From Thraustochytrium aureum (lineage: Eukaryota), in contig BLSG01000073.1 of assembly GCA_012862495.1 (NCBI GenBank), positions 28,437 to 80,752 on the forward strand: a stretch of DNA of 52,316 nucleotides, written 5' to 3'. Below the pieces are notes generated by a model. It ran no database searches. It was given only the letters and a program-made list of their open reading frames with translations, and was not told the DNA's origin. Positions 1-11,600 of this stretch are shown one piece after another. The position numbers were made by a program, and so were the translations under genes. Positions within the stretch are counted from its first letter, which is position 1. The number at the start of each line of letters is the position of its first letter.

Positions 1-108
1 AACGGCACCAGCCAGGCCTGGGCGTGCAGGAGGTCCCTGAGCGCGGCAGACATGGCAGGCAGTCGGGCAGGCAGGCAGGTCTGGTTTGTTGTGTGGGACG
101 TGGTGCCG

Positions 109-1550
109 ATGCCGCCCATGGACCGCGAGGACGGCGCGCAGCCGCGGCTCACTGCCGAGGAGGCTAGCGTCCAGCGCAAGAGGAGGCGGCTCGCCGAGCA
201 GAGGCGCCGCGAGGGCCAGCAGGGCGAGAACCGCGAACAAGGCGGAGCCGGGCCGGCCTCGAAAGCCAGCCCGGCTCGCACGCAGAGTACAACGCCGTTG
301 CCGGTGTACGTTTCCAACGAGCATAATGGTGCGCTTGTCAATCTCCACAGGGCGATCCGGTGCGGCGAGGCCAGGATTGATGGCCTCGCGCTTTTGCATG
401 TCGACTCCCACCCAGACCTCAGTGTGCCGCTCACGATGACCGCTGACGTTGTCTTCAAGCCGCGCGAGCTGCACCACGAGCTGGCGCAATCGGAGACGGG
501 CATCGCCGAGTTTATCTTGCCCGCTGTCTTTGCCGGCCACCTGGATCGCATGGTCTGGCTCCGCGCGCCATGGTGCGACCAGATTAGAGACGGTCGCCAC
601 CAGTTTGTCGTGGGCGAGCTGCCGCCGGACCACGGCGAAGATCGCGGCCCCTTGCGCGTGTCGAGCTTTGTTCCCTACTTTTCGGACGAGGGCTTCAGTG
701 CCGAGGCGGACGGCCTTGTGAATGCGAAACCGCTCGCTCTGTGGGTCACTGAGCAAGCGGGCTGCGACTGCGACGAGCTCGCTGCCTTCTTGGCTCGAGC
801 AGGCGACGGGCTTGCAGCGAGCTCGCAATGGTGGCTGGACATTTGCCTGGACTACTTTAGCGTCAACAACCCCTTTTTGGACGACCTAAACACCAAGCTG
901 GGCGTCGAGCGCGCGCAAGTGGTAAAAGAGGTCTTTGCAGGCAGCCGCGTGGCCTGGCGCACCATAGAGGCGGCTCGGACACAGTCTTCCGACGAGGCCT
1001 TTATTCGCGAGACCCTCGGTCGGCAGCGCGAACTGCATCTCGCGTTCAACGCGGCTGTGGGCGCCCTCTTCGCAGGACTGGAGGCAGACCCGACAGCAGA
1101 CGCCTCGACTTGTCAGCTGCGGCACCAAGCTGTTGGGAGTTTGGCGGATTGCCTTTGCGCCGAGGCGACCTGCGCTGACGACGAGGCCTTTGCGTTGGCT
1201 GGGGCGTTCGCGTCGATTCTTGAAAGCGCGACTGCCAAGGAGCGCGAGCTAATTCAGGAGTGCGGGCCGTTTCTGGACCTCCCGCACCACCGCAGTGATC
1301 GAACCGAGATGGAGGCCTTTTGTGCCGGTTCGAGGCGCTCGTTGAGCAACTGCAAGCGCGCGGCCTTGGCAGGCCCAGCCTCGTCACTGTGGCCAAGTCT
1401 TCAAGCGACGAGTTTGACTACACCCCAAGCCAAGACGTCAAGTGGCTCCTCGAGAACGTGCTGCAAATATTGGAGCGACGTTTTGGCGCGCTCGAGGTTG
1501 AGGAGGACGAGGTGGACGACGAGGCCGACGAGCCCAGTGCAGCAGAGTAG
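109..1550 (+). CDS. UPF0489 family protein (C5orf22-like, arginase/deacetylase-like fold); one frame break at ~1320
   Basis: Motifs VYVSNEHN, LLHVDSHPDL, GIAEFILPAVFAGH, WLDICLDYFSVNNPF and LPHH. Adding one T to the T-run at 1318-1321 continues into RPSLVTVAKSSSDEFDYTP to TAG 1548-1550. The start could be ATG 52, 109 or 118. Confidence 0.85.
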
Positions 1551-2079
1551 CGACAGCTCCGGCAGAGGCCGCCCTTTGCTCAATCGAGATTTGACAATAG
1601 CGCTGTATGCCCTGGGCCCTACTATTTGATCTGCTCCATGAGGTTGGTGAGCTTCTTCGCTGCATACCCTGAATTAGCATCCAAGTCATTATCCGAGTTA
1701 TCGTCCAGATTGGCATTCGCGGTTTCGTTCGGTTTAAAGCAAAGAACGCCCACAACCCCCTAAAGCCCGCCTGACCTCCTCGGCGAACGCTGTGCTGATC
1801 AAACTGGGGAGGCTGACGGGAAGTTTGATTCGACCTCGAAACAGTGGTGACTTCCGCGCAGCTCTCACACGTGGAAGCACAACAATCTATCGAGCGCGAG
1901 ATTCGTCCAGCGCCGCAAGTCCGTAAGTGTTTTTGCTGGTGTCCCACTTCTGCGCCCTTGGAAAGCTTGACCTGCAAAAGACGTGTTGATTGAAACAATG
2001 AAGCAACGCTTGCGTATCTCGTTTGATTGTTCTTGCATATTGACACCCGAATAGGCAGGCAGGCAGGCAGACAGGCAGA

Positions 2080-3543
2080 CTACTGTGCAGAAAGAGCGCT
2101 CCGCACGATTCTGATAGACTCGGTGAGCCGCGCGTCGCTACACTCGGCAAGGTCGTCAAACACAGCAACCTTGTCCTGCACTGCCTCGAGAACGGCAACT
2201 CGGCAAGACTCGTTCATCGCGAGCCGGGAAAGCGCACCAGCGGCCTGGCGCTGCGTCTCGGCCGTCGCAGGGTGCAGCTCCGACGCCGCAACCTCTGCCA
2301 AAATGCGCAGAGCGCTGGCTCGGAGCAGCTCGGCGTGCAAGTCCATCTCGCCAGAGATGGCGCACAACGCTGTGCACGCGTTGCGGCGCACCTCTGGATG
2401 CGAGGACTCCGCGAGCCTCCGTACCAAAAGGGCCACGAGACCTGGACACGCGGCCACCATCCTCGCGGAGTTGCCCTTCTTGGCCTCGTGCGAGATGAGT
2501 GACAGACCCTGGACGTGCACATCTTCAAACTCGGAGGCGCTCATGTCAAAGAGCGGCCGAAACAGCTCTTCGTCCGAGCACGTCAAGTCGAGGTCGTCGT
2601 CAAAGTCAGTCGATTCATCGCCGATGCTCGTGTTGGTGGTGACAGAGGTAGAGCGGCTCAGCAGCGGTCGAGGCAGTTCGCCGTCAGCTTCGGCCTCGAC
2701 TGCAGCCTTGTTCTCCCAGGATACATCCGAGTTGGGGAAAAGGGGCACCAGGTCCTCGATCGACTCAATGACCTGGCCGTTCTCCCGGACCAGGACCTTC
2801 TGATTGATCAGACTATCGCGCACGACGCGGAAGAGGCGGTTGAAGGCCATGGCGCAGCCACTGCGACGAACGAACTCGACGAGGTACCGGTTCGCGCCGG
2901 CGCCCGGGCTCGAGTTCATGTACACGCGAAAGTCCACGGCCTCGGCAGGCTCGGACGGAAAGTACATGCCACGCCAAAAGCAGCCAGACTCCTCAAACAT
3001 GTAGTCCACGCGCAGGGCGCGCAGCTCGCAGTTGAGGCGCGACACAAAGTCGCTCAAGGGACAGGCCACATGCATGTGCGTGTGCTCGAGGCGCATGCGG
3101 GAGAAGAGGCGCGGGGCAGGCTCGCTCAGTCTCGGCTCCATCGTCCTCAGCGACAGCCCAGAGGGCACGTCCAAATGGCTTTCGCCGTCCAGGCCCATGG
3201 TATGCTGCACGCCATAGTCGACGGCGCTGAGTCCGCGGTATACATCGGCTCCGCGGTAGCGGAACACGTCGTCCCCGAGCGGCTGGGCGTCGCCTAGCAT
3301 GGCGGATGCGGTGCGAAACCCGGGGTCCTCGGCTTCGGCAAATCCGTCAAAAGCGGCAAACTGGGCCGAGTCGCGGATGTTGGCGTGCAGTGTGACATTC
3401 GCGTCCATTGTGCTCGCGTCCATCAGCCCGTACAGTTCATTCATGGCGTCCGATTCGTCTTCATCGACCTCGCCGTTCGCCCGCCCCCCGAGACGCTCCG
3501 CCTCGCGCGGCTCATATTCGTGCAGTTCCTTGCGCTCGGCCAT
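2080..3543 (-). CDS. Hypothetical 487-aa protein: acidic N-terminus, KA1-like domain, C-terminal armadillo-type repeats
   Basis: Uninterrupted ATG-TAG ORF with coding-like composition. FRVYMN...YLVEFVRRSGCAMAFNRLFRVV resembles the end of KA1 domains (e.g. Chk1 C-terminus). GLVALLVRRL..PEVRRNACTALCAIS and ETQRQAAGALSRLA resemble ARM repeats. Confidence 0.75.
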   Translation of the reverse strand: MAERKELHEYEPREAERLGGRANGEVDEDESDAMNELYGLMDASTMDANVTLHANIRDSAQFAAFDGFAEAEDPGFRTASAMLGDAQPLGDDVFRYRGADVYRGLSAVDYGVQHTMGLDGESHLDVPSGLSLRTMEPRLSEPAPRLFSRMRLEHTHMHVACPLSDFVSRLNCELRALRVDYMFEESGCFWRGMYFPSEPAEAVDFRVYMNSSPGAGANRYLVEFVRRSGCAMAFNRLFRVVRDSLINQKVLVRENGQVIESIEDLVPLFPNSDVSWENKAAVEAEADGELPRPLLSRSTSVTTNTSIGDESTDFDDDLDLTCSDEELFRPLFDMSASEFEDVHVQGLSLISHEAKKGNSARMVAACPGLVALLVRRLAESSHPEVRRNACTALCAISGEMDLHAELLRASALRILAEVAASELHPATAETQRQAAGALSRLAMNESCRVAVLEAVQDKVAVFDDLAECSDARLTESIRIVRSALSAQ

Positions 3544-4227
3544 CCTGGTCGCTCGCTCACTTGCTTTGCGGCTTGCTTGGTCACTTCGTTGTGGAGAAGG
3601 CTTTTTACTCTCTTGGCTGAAGCCGAGGCTCTGCGGTGCAGGCCGGGTTCAGTTGCGGTGTCTGGGTCCTTGCGGTGTGCGTATTTCGAGTTCGTGTGCT
3701 TGCGTTTTCGCTCTTCGGTCGTCAAAGGAGGTGGTTATCGCGGGATTGTATCAATGATGTCGAATGAATGGCGTGGGCAAAACCCGGCCTTTAGCAGCGG
3801 ATTGCGGCATTCCAAAACATTTTGACCGGTCCAGAAGTTTCAAAGTATCACACGGTGTTTGGCTTGAACCGCTCAGGGCGTGTCAAGGGACAGGCGAGCG
3901 GACTAGGCCCTGTCGGTGAGTCGGGCGAGCCACCCTTTTTGTCAGCCACGTGTCACTGCGGCAGCGAGCCCCAGACTCCGCGGCGGAGTCTGTGCTCGAC
4001 GAACCCTCTTCCCCACGTCGCCCTCTCGCGTTTCCACCGCCGGCCAAGACACGACCACATTTGCACGTCCTCATCCCGCCGCACTTACCGCGCCTGTTCC
4101 TCCTCGTTCCGCGGTCCGTTCCGCGAAGGCCTGTCCTTCTCCCAGCCTCCCTTCTCACCGAGCCTCAGCAGGCAGCCACGCTCGCTCACCCGCCGAATCA
4201 GGCAGCCAACGACGACACCGCCGCTCG

Positions 4228-4271
4228 CCGCTGCTGCCGCCGCTGCCGCCGCCGCCGCCGCCGCCGCCGCC
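4228..4271. repeat. (GCC/GCT)n trinucleotide microsatellite running into an N-gap
   Basis: ccgctgctgccgccgctgccgccgcc... directly before the gap at 4272-4437. Confidence 0.9.
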
Positions 4272-4830
4272 NNNNNNNNNNNNNNNNNNNNNNNNNNNNN
4301 NNNNNNNNNNNNNNNNNNNNNNNNNNNNNNNNNNNNNNNNNNNNNNNNNNNNNNNNNNNNNNNNNNNNNNNNNNNNNNNNNNNNNNNNNNNNNNNNNNNN
4401 NNNNNNNNNNNNNNNNNNNNNNNNNNNNNNNNNNNNNTGCGTCGGAGGTCTGCTGCCCGCCTTGTGCTGCTGCCTGCGCTTCTCCGTTGTCCCGTCGCTC
4501 AAGAGCCCTCCGTCCATGAGAGCGGCTCCGGCAGGGCCTCACTGCAACTCGACCCCGGACTCCGTTCGCCCTCCTACCTGCGCGAGAGGGGAGGCTCAGG
4601 CGCAGCGGCCCGGCTGACTGGAGAGCACCGCTGCTGCTCTGTCGCGCCTCGCGCCTCGCCTCACAGGGGCGGTCACGGCGGCCTTCCTTTTGCGCTCGCG
4701 GCCTGTGAGGGGGGCGCGCAGGGAGGCGCGCAGGGAGGGCCACGCCGCTCTGCGTGGAGGAGGGAGGGAGGGGCGGGTGTCTGTCTGTCTGTTTGTCTGT
4801 TCGGAGCAAAGAGGCCCGAGGCGGTCGGCT

Positions 4831-4890
4831 GAGAGGCTGTTCCGCGAGAGGCTGTTCCTCGAGAGGGTGTTCCTTGAGAGGGTGTTCCGC
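4831..4890. repeat. 15-bp tandem repeat x4 (GAGAGGsTGTTCCnn)
   Basis: gagaggctgttccgc / gagaggctgttcctc / gagagggtgttcctt / gagagggtgttccgc. Confidence 0.9.
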
Positions 4891-5406
4891 GCGGTTTCTC
4901 GCGGTGGGTGGCTCGGAAGTGGGCGCGAATTCCTGCAAGTGCGCCGGCGTATGGAGAGGCGCACCGATGGACGGCCTGCGTCGGAGCGCCGAGGCCGCCC
5001 ACTGCATCGGCTCCCCGGGGGGATTATCGCCCAGCCTTAAACGAACCGGCGTCGCGCCCGCCTGCGCGGCGCCACGTTCGCACGAGATTAAGGCCTAGGA
5101 GATTAGTGGGCGGGTTTGCATGCGCTGGTCGTGTGATAGCGAAGTGTTTGTGATCGGCCTTACGCGGCTCATGCGAGGAGAACGTTCCACCAGTTTCAGG
5201 GAACGAGCTTCGCCGCGCGGAACAGGGGGATCCCGTTCCTCGAACGATCCCGGTCTGCCTCCCTGATACAGAGGGCCATGGAGATGTATAGAGGGTCTTG
5301 AGGATCCCAGTGGCTTGCGGATTCCAGTGGCCGGGCAATAGTGGTTGGTTGCAGGGATGCAATGCGACGGGCCGAGGTGCAAGCCCGGACTCCAGAGGCA
5401 GAACTC

Positions 5407-5483
5407 CCAGCCAGCCAGCCAGCCAGCCCGTCGGCCAGCCAGCCAGCCAGCCCGTCGGCCAGCCAGCCAGCCAGCCAGCCCGT

Positions 5484-5519
<36 letters not shown>
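5407..5519. repeat. (CCAG)n tetranucleotide microsatellite with periodic CCCGTC(GG) interruptions, upstream of UTP20
   Basis: Directly visible. Confidence 0.9.
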
Positions 5520-5681
5520 TGAGCGCCCAGGACCTGCTTCAGGCCTTGGCCAGGCAGCGCGGAATCGCGCGGCACTCGACGAGGCAGGAGCGTTCTGCTT
5601 GAGCGACGTGTCGACTGTCACAGGCCCGTTCTGGCAAGGCAGGTTGGTTCTATTGCGCCGGTCTGGCGCAAGTGCAGCGGG

Positions 5682-8600
5682 ATGGACACCAACAAGGACC
5701 GCAACCGCATCAAGGGGAGCAGGAAAAGGTACAGGTTCAGGACGCTCAAAGAACGCGTGGCCGACACCTCGGTGAGCCTGTCGCGAGAGCTGCTCGCAGA
5801 GCACGAGTTCATTGACCAAGGGGCCGCCAGCAAAGAGGATCATGGGTCCGCTGCCACTCGGGGCGCTGCAGAGGCAGGCGAAGTGGAGCTCAAGCACTCG
5901 TTCTTCGATGACGCGTTCAACACAGAACGCGAGATTGACAAGTCGACCGAGTTTGCCACCTTCTCGCAAAAGCTCATCCCATACGTGCAGAGCCTTCCCC
6001 TCATTCTGCACAACTTGCCCCGCATCCTGAAGATCTTCCTGCGCAGCCTGCAGCGCTCGCGATCGCGCGCTTCTATGCTGCGCCTGTTGGCCGTGCTGGC
6101 CAAGGACGTGCAGCAAGAGCTGTACCCACACCTGGAGGCCATCCTCGCAGTCGTCTTGGGGCTCGTCGACCCGGTCGACCTGCAGCTCACAACAGATGCG
6201 TTTCGTTGCGCTGGCGCGATTCTTGCCGAGCTGGCCAAGCCGATCGCCCAACGCGATCCGGAGCTCGGCCTGCTTCGAAAGTTTTACGTCTCTCACCTCT
6301 GCCACAGACGCGACTTTGTCAGGCGGTTCGCGGCGGAAACCTTCGCGCCTCTCCTCCGCCAGCTCGACACGGTAGTTCTGCTGCGCCAGATGCGCCGCCT
6401 CGTCTGCAAGCTCGCCAGCGGACCCGACTGCCTTCAGCGGTCACCCGAAGAGCGCGCCGAGGCCGCTGACGGCGTCGCGCAGATCGTGTTCCAAGTCGTG
6501 CGCAACGTCCAGTCGAGGCTGCACTCGCGGGCCCCCAACGTGTTGACCGCCGTGCTTGCGACACTCAGGCACAAGGACACGGACGGCCTGCCCGAAGGCG
6601 CGATTGAGGTGCGCACCAACGTCCTACGCAGCGCCATCGAGCTAACACTAGAGTACACGACGCGCCAGACATCTGTGCCGGTCTGGGAGGCGCTTTGCGA
6701 CGAGGTGGCCGCCGGTTCCCATCACGCCATGGTCTTTCCGCGCCTGCTCGAGCTCCTGAATGCAGCGATGGCGTTCCAGGGCCGCTCGCGCGTTGCCAAA
6801 GAGGCCCCCGCGCGCATAGAGCAAACCGTTCTTCGAGACGCCGTGCTGGCTGACGTGCCGCCCTGGAACTCTTTAGAGGCTGCGAGCCAGCGCGAGCAGG
6901 CGCGCCTTCTCACCTTTACCAAGGCCACGCAGCTCGGCATCGCCATCTGGCGATACGAGTACGGCGGTAGGCGCGACTGCGCAAACGCGGTCGGGCTCGT
7001 CAACGAGATCTTGCAGAGGCACGGCACAGTCGACGACCTGCCGCAGCTCGTTGAAACAGCGCTTCAAACGCTCCCTGACATCTCCGAGCTCTTTGACGGC
7101 CTGTTCGCGACTGTCATCGAATTTGCGCGAACCGCGACCTCCCCGGCCCAGTTGCCAAAGCCGGCGAAACAGGCCAAGCGAGGAAAGGGCCGGATGCCGC
7201 GCCGACGACGCCGCAGCAGCCGCCAGCCTCTGTGCTGAGCGCACTGGCCCGCATCTCTGACAAGCTCCAATCCGCGCCCGCGTTTGACTTGGCCGCGAAG
7301 CTCGAGCTTGCCCAGGTCCGCATCGAACCGGGCGAGCCGATTGCAGCGACCTGCTTTGCGACGCTGGCAGACGGAGCTTCGCACTCGGTCGCAAAGTGCC
7401 GCACGGCGCTCAGCTGCATCGTGTTGTGCAAGAGCGGCAACGACAAGTTTGAGTCCTCCCTCGTCAGCTTCGTTCAGGCCGAGCTCCCCGAAGCCTTCCG
7501 GGAGGTCCAGGCCCGGGCCGTCGAGGTGCTGTTCAAGTTCGGCGACTGGACCGCTTCGAAAGCGCACGAGTCGCTTCGCAGGGACCTCGTGGAGCACTAC
7601 GTGGCGCATTTTGGCGAGTTTGCGGAAGTGGGCACCACATTGGCCGCCTTCGCCGACATGGTCAGTGGCTCGGACCTATTGACAACCAAGCAAAAGGCTC
7701 GCCTTGCAGGTGACTTTGAAGAGCAGCTCGTGCGTAATCTGCACCACCCTTCCCATCGCGTTCGCCTGGCTTCGTGCCAAGTCCTGCGAGAGGTCTTGCC
7801 GGAACGCGACGAGCTTGCTCGAGCAGACGACCTCGCGTCTAGCAAGCGCCCCCGATGCGACGTCCTGGACATCATGATCCAGCTCGAGCGCCTCCCTGTC
7901 GACTACCGCCAGGAGCGCGTGCGGTTTCAGCTCGTCAATCGCATTGAGAAGCTCGTTCGAGTCGAGCGCCTACCGAAGGAGTACGTCAGCGCGGTCGGCT
8001 CGTTCCTTTTGGGCCAGTTCTATGTCCCGTACAGCCCGCTGTGGGCGATGGTGTCGAACGCACTTGCCACCTTTGCCAAGCCACACTTTCACACCCACCT
8101 CTGGCCTCTGATGTGGCCACTTATCCTGAAGCTCTCGGCGGAGCCTGTCATGTCATCCAAAAAAGCCCTGGCCCGCGCAAATGCGTCGAACAACATCGAG
8201 CCAGAAGCCGACGACGAGGAGGAGGAGGAAGAGGCGGAGGATGGGGAGGCCGACGCAGACGAAACCGAGCCGATGCAACCCGCACAAGGTGCTGCCTCGC
8301 AGCCCAGCCCGGAAGCGGATCGGGAGCGATCGACGCAGCACATGGACGTGTTCAAGCAGGTCTTTTTGGCGGCCAAGCCCTTTGCCAAAAAGGTAGAGTC
8401 CAAGGCAGACCAAGTCGTCGCGCTCTTCTTCACCTTCCTTCGCGACGAGTACTATCTCGCGAGCGGGCGGACGGATGATATGGACCGCCCCGGCCCGGAC
8501 GAGGCCGAGAACAAGTACCTGGCTGAACTCAGTGGCGAACTCGCTGCTCTCAAGGTCTCCCCTCGAAGCACGCTGCGGATTTCGACTGAAAAGCTTGTCG

Positions 8601-11600
8601 CGTGGTTGGGTCTCCTTGGCGGCTTCACCAAGTTTAAGCCTTGCGAGCGAACGTCGACCCTAGTCTCTGTGCTGAAGCGCCTGCTCATCAAAGCAGAGCA
8701 CAACGTGCAAGTGCTCAGCTTGGTCTGTCTCAAGCACGCCAACCTGCCGTATCTGCACGGGCACATGGACGCGCTCGAGGCCATGGCGGACGACGCTCGC
8801 TTTCGCGAGGCTATTACCACGTTCAAGCTCGCAGAGGTTGACGACAAGCAGCGCGCAGGGCTCCTGCCCGTGATCGCGAGGATTCTCTATGCGCGCCTTC
8901 TCGTCCGCAAGCGCAAGACCTCCAATGACACCTACAACATGGCCAGTCGGCGGAGCAGCGTCTTTGCCTTTTTCACCGGCGTGCGGTCCAGCGATNNNNN
9001 NNNNNNNNNNNNNNNNNNNNNNNNNNNNNNNNNNNNNNNNNNNNNNNNNNNNNNNNNNNNNNNNNNNNNNNNNNNNNNNNNNNNNNNNNNNNNNNNNNNN
9101 NNNNNNNNNNNNNNNNNNNNNNNNNNNNNNNNNNNNNNNNNNNNNNNNNNNNNNNNNNNNNNNNNNNNNNNNNNNNNNNNNNNNNNNNNNNNNNNNNNNN
9201 NNNNNNNNNNNNNNNNNNNNNNNNNNNNNNNNNNNNNNNNNNNNNNNNNNNNNNNNNNNNNNNNNNNNNNNNNNNNNNNNNNNNNNNNNNNNNNNNNNNN
9301 NNNNNNNNNNNNNNNNNNNNNNNNNNNNNNNNNNNNNNNNNNNNNNNNNNNNNNNNNNNNNNNNNNNNNNNNNNNNNNNNNNNNNNNNNNNNNNNNNNNN
9401 NNNNNNNNNNNNNNNNNNNNNNNNNNNNNNNNNNNNNNNNNNNNNNNNNNNNNNNNNNNNNNNNNNNNNNNNNNNNNNNNNNNNNNNNNNNNNNNNNNNN
9501 NNNNNNNNNNNNNNNNNNNNNNNNNNNNNNNNNNNNNNNNNNNNNNNNNNNNNNNNNNNNNNNNNNNNNNNNNNNNNNNNNNNNNNNAGCAGATCCGCCG
9601 GGCGCAGGGGCGCCGGGAGCTGCGCATCTTGTGCCGAATCGCAGACATTTACACTGCAGTGGAGGACAGAAGTGTCGCACAGGAGACGGCTGAAACGTGC
9701 AGCAAGCTCGTCGACCTGCTCGCCGAGTTTCTGCGCTTCACAGGGGCCGCGGCTTTCTCTTCCGGCCGCAGCGTGTTCTCAGGCAAAACGTCGTCCAGCG
9801 CGATTACTGGAGGCCGAGTTCGTCAGCGCAGCGAGTTTGGTAGTCGTTCCGACGCGCGAGCCGATCTCATCGCCACGATCGCTAGTCTCATGCAGATGGC
9901 GGTGCCCTCCGAGGCGCACATCGGCATGCTGTCGCGCCTTTTGGGTGTGAATGGCATAGATCCAGTGTACGACGTGCGCGCCCGTGACGAGCTGATCCGC
10001 GCCATCGGTGTGGCCGCTCGACGCGGCGCCGTTGACCTTGGACCGGCCCGGCCCTGCTGGTGGACCTCAACACTTGGGACAAGCGCCGTGTTGGCACGTT
10101 TGACTTTGCCGGCGCCTTGCAGCCTACGAGACAGCGAGCACGTTGTGTGCTCCCTCCCTCGACCCGTCCGAGAGGCTTCAGCCCACGCAGCTTGTGCCCC
10201 TCGTTCACCAAGCGCTTTTCGACATGAACGAGGACGAATACCCGCTGCGCAGCGCCGCTGGCGCGTTCCTTGCGCGCGCGCTAATTCAGGACGACAACGT
10301 GCAGGTCGTTTCACGCGTGCTCGTGCCAGTGCTGATGCCCGGACTGCGATCCGGGATCAGGGCTGCCAGCGCGGCTATCCGACGTGGGTTTCTCAGCTTG
10401 CTGTCCCAAGTTTGCGTTCTCGGCGCGTCCCTCGACTGTGCCGCGCTCGAAGCGGGCGGAGCGGATGCTGCGCAAGTCAAGCGGCTGATGATGAGCGATT
10501 TGGCCAAGCTGGTTGACGAGGAGGACTCGGAGCGCGACTGGTTCACCAGCATTGTGCACGTGCAGGCCTACAGGCAGGGCAAAATTCTTGCCGATGTGCG
10601 GCAGAGGCTGGCGAGCGGGGAGCTCGAGCTCGAGTCAACGTGCCTCGTTCACGTCGTGCTGCCGCTCACCCTGCAAATTGTCACGGAGAGCAGCCAAGAG
10701 AAGGACGCGCATATGAAGGAGGAGGGCATCCGGATGGTCGGCCAGGTGGCGGCTTGCATCCCCTGGACGCACTACTCGAACCTGATCAAGCACTTGCTTG
10801 ACACCGCCTCCAAGAAGCCTGCTCTCGAAAAGCGGATGCTCAAGGCCGCTTGCACAGTTGTCGACAACTATCATTTCCCCGACGCTAGCGCGGAGCCCAA
10901 GCTCGGGCGGGCGCTGCGTGGTCAAGTGCTTCCGGCTTTGGAACGGCACTTGGTCGGGCCTAAAAAGTCGGGCAGCGAGCACAAGGTTCTGCGCGTGCCT
11001 GTCGCGGTTGCGATTGTTAAAGTGATGAAGCTCTTGCCAAAGTCGGTGCTGCGCCAGAGCGTGCCGCGTCTGCTTCAGACCATTTGTGGCGCTCTGAAGA
11101 GCATTGACCGTGACGCCCGTCAGGAGGCTCGCGAGGCGCTCGCAGCAGTTTCAAACGAGCTCGGCGCGGCATACTTTGCCCGCGTTATCGGTACGCTTAC
11201 CGGAACCCTCGTCGAGGGCTACCAGCTCCACGTGCGCGGGTACGCAATTCACGCTCTGCTTCAGGGCACGGAGAAGATGCACCACGAGTACCTCGCTGCT
11301 GAGCGGCTGCGGCAGGGGCAAGCCATGCCGGATGCTCGTTTCATGGCGTTGCCGCTCAAGGGCAACACCGCTGAAGACGCGGCTGAAGATGCGGAGGAAG
11401 GGAAGGGCGACGAAGCTGATGAGGGCGACGAGGCTGATCAAGACGGCGCGGCACAGAGCGAAAATGGTGCCAAGGCGGGCGGCGACGAGCTAGCCCTTAT
11501 CGACCCCAAGGCCCTGAGCATCAAGGTATGCCCTGGCAGCGTGGATAGCGCCCTGGTGAGCATCATGTCTGTGGTGGAGGACGAGCTGTTTGGCGAGCTT

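Noticed and set aside
3822..5775. ORFs in the spacer between the KA1/ARM gene and UTP20 (poly-Ala, PASQ or LAGW repeats)
   Set aside because: They are translations of microsatellites and N-gaps.
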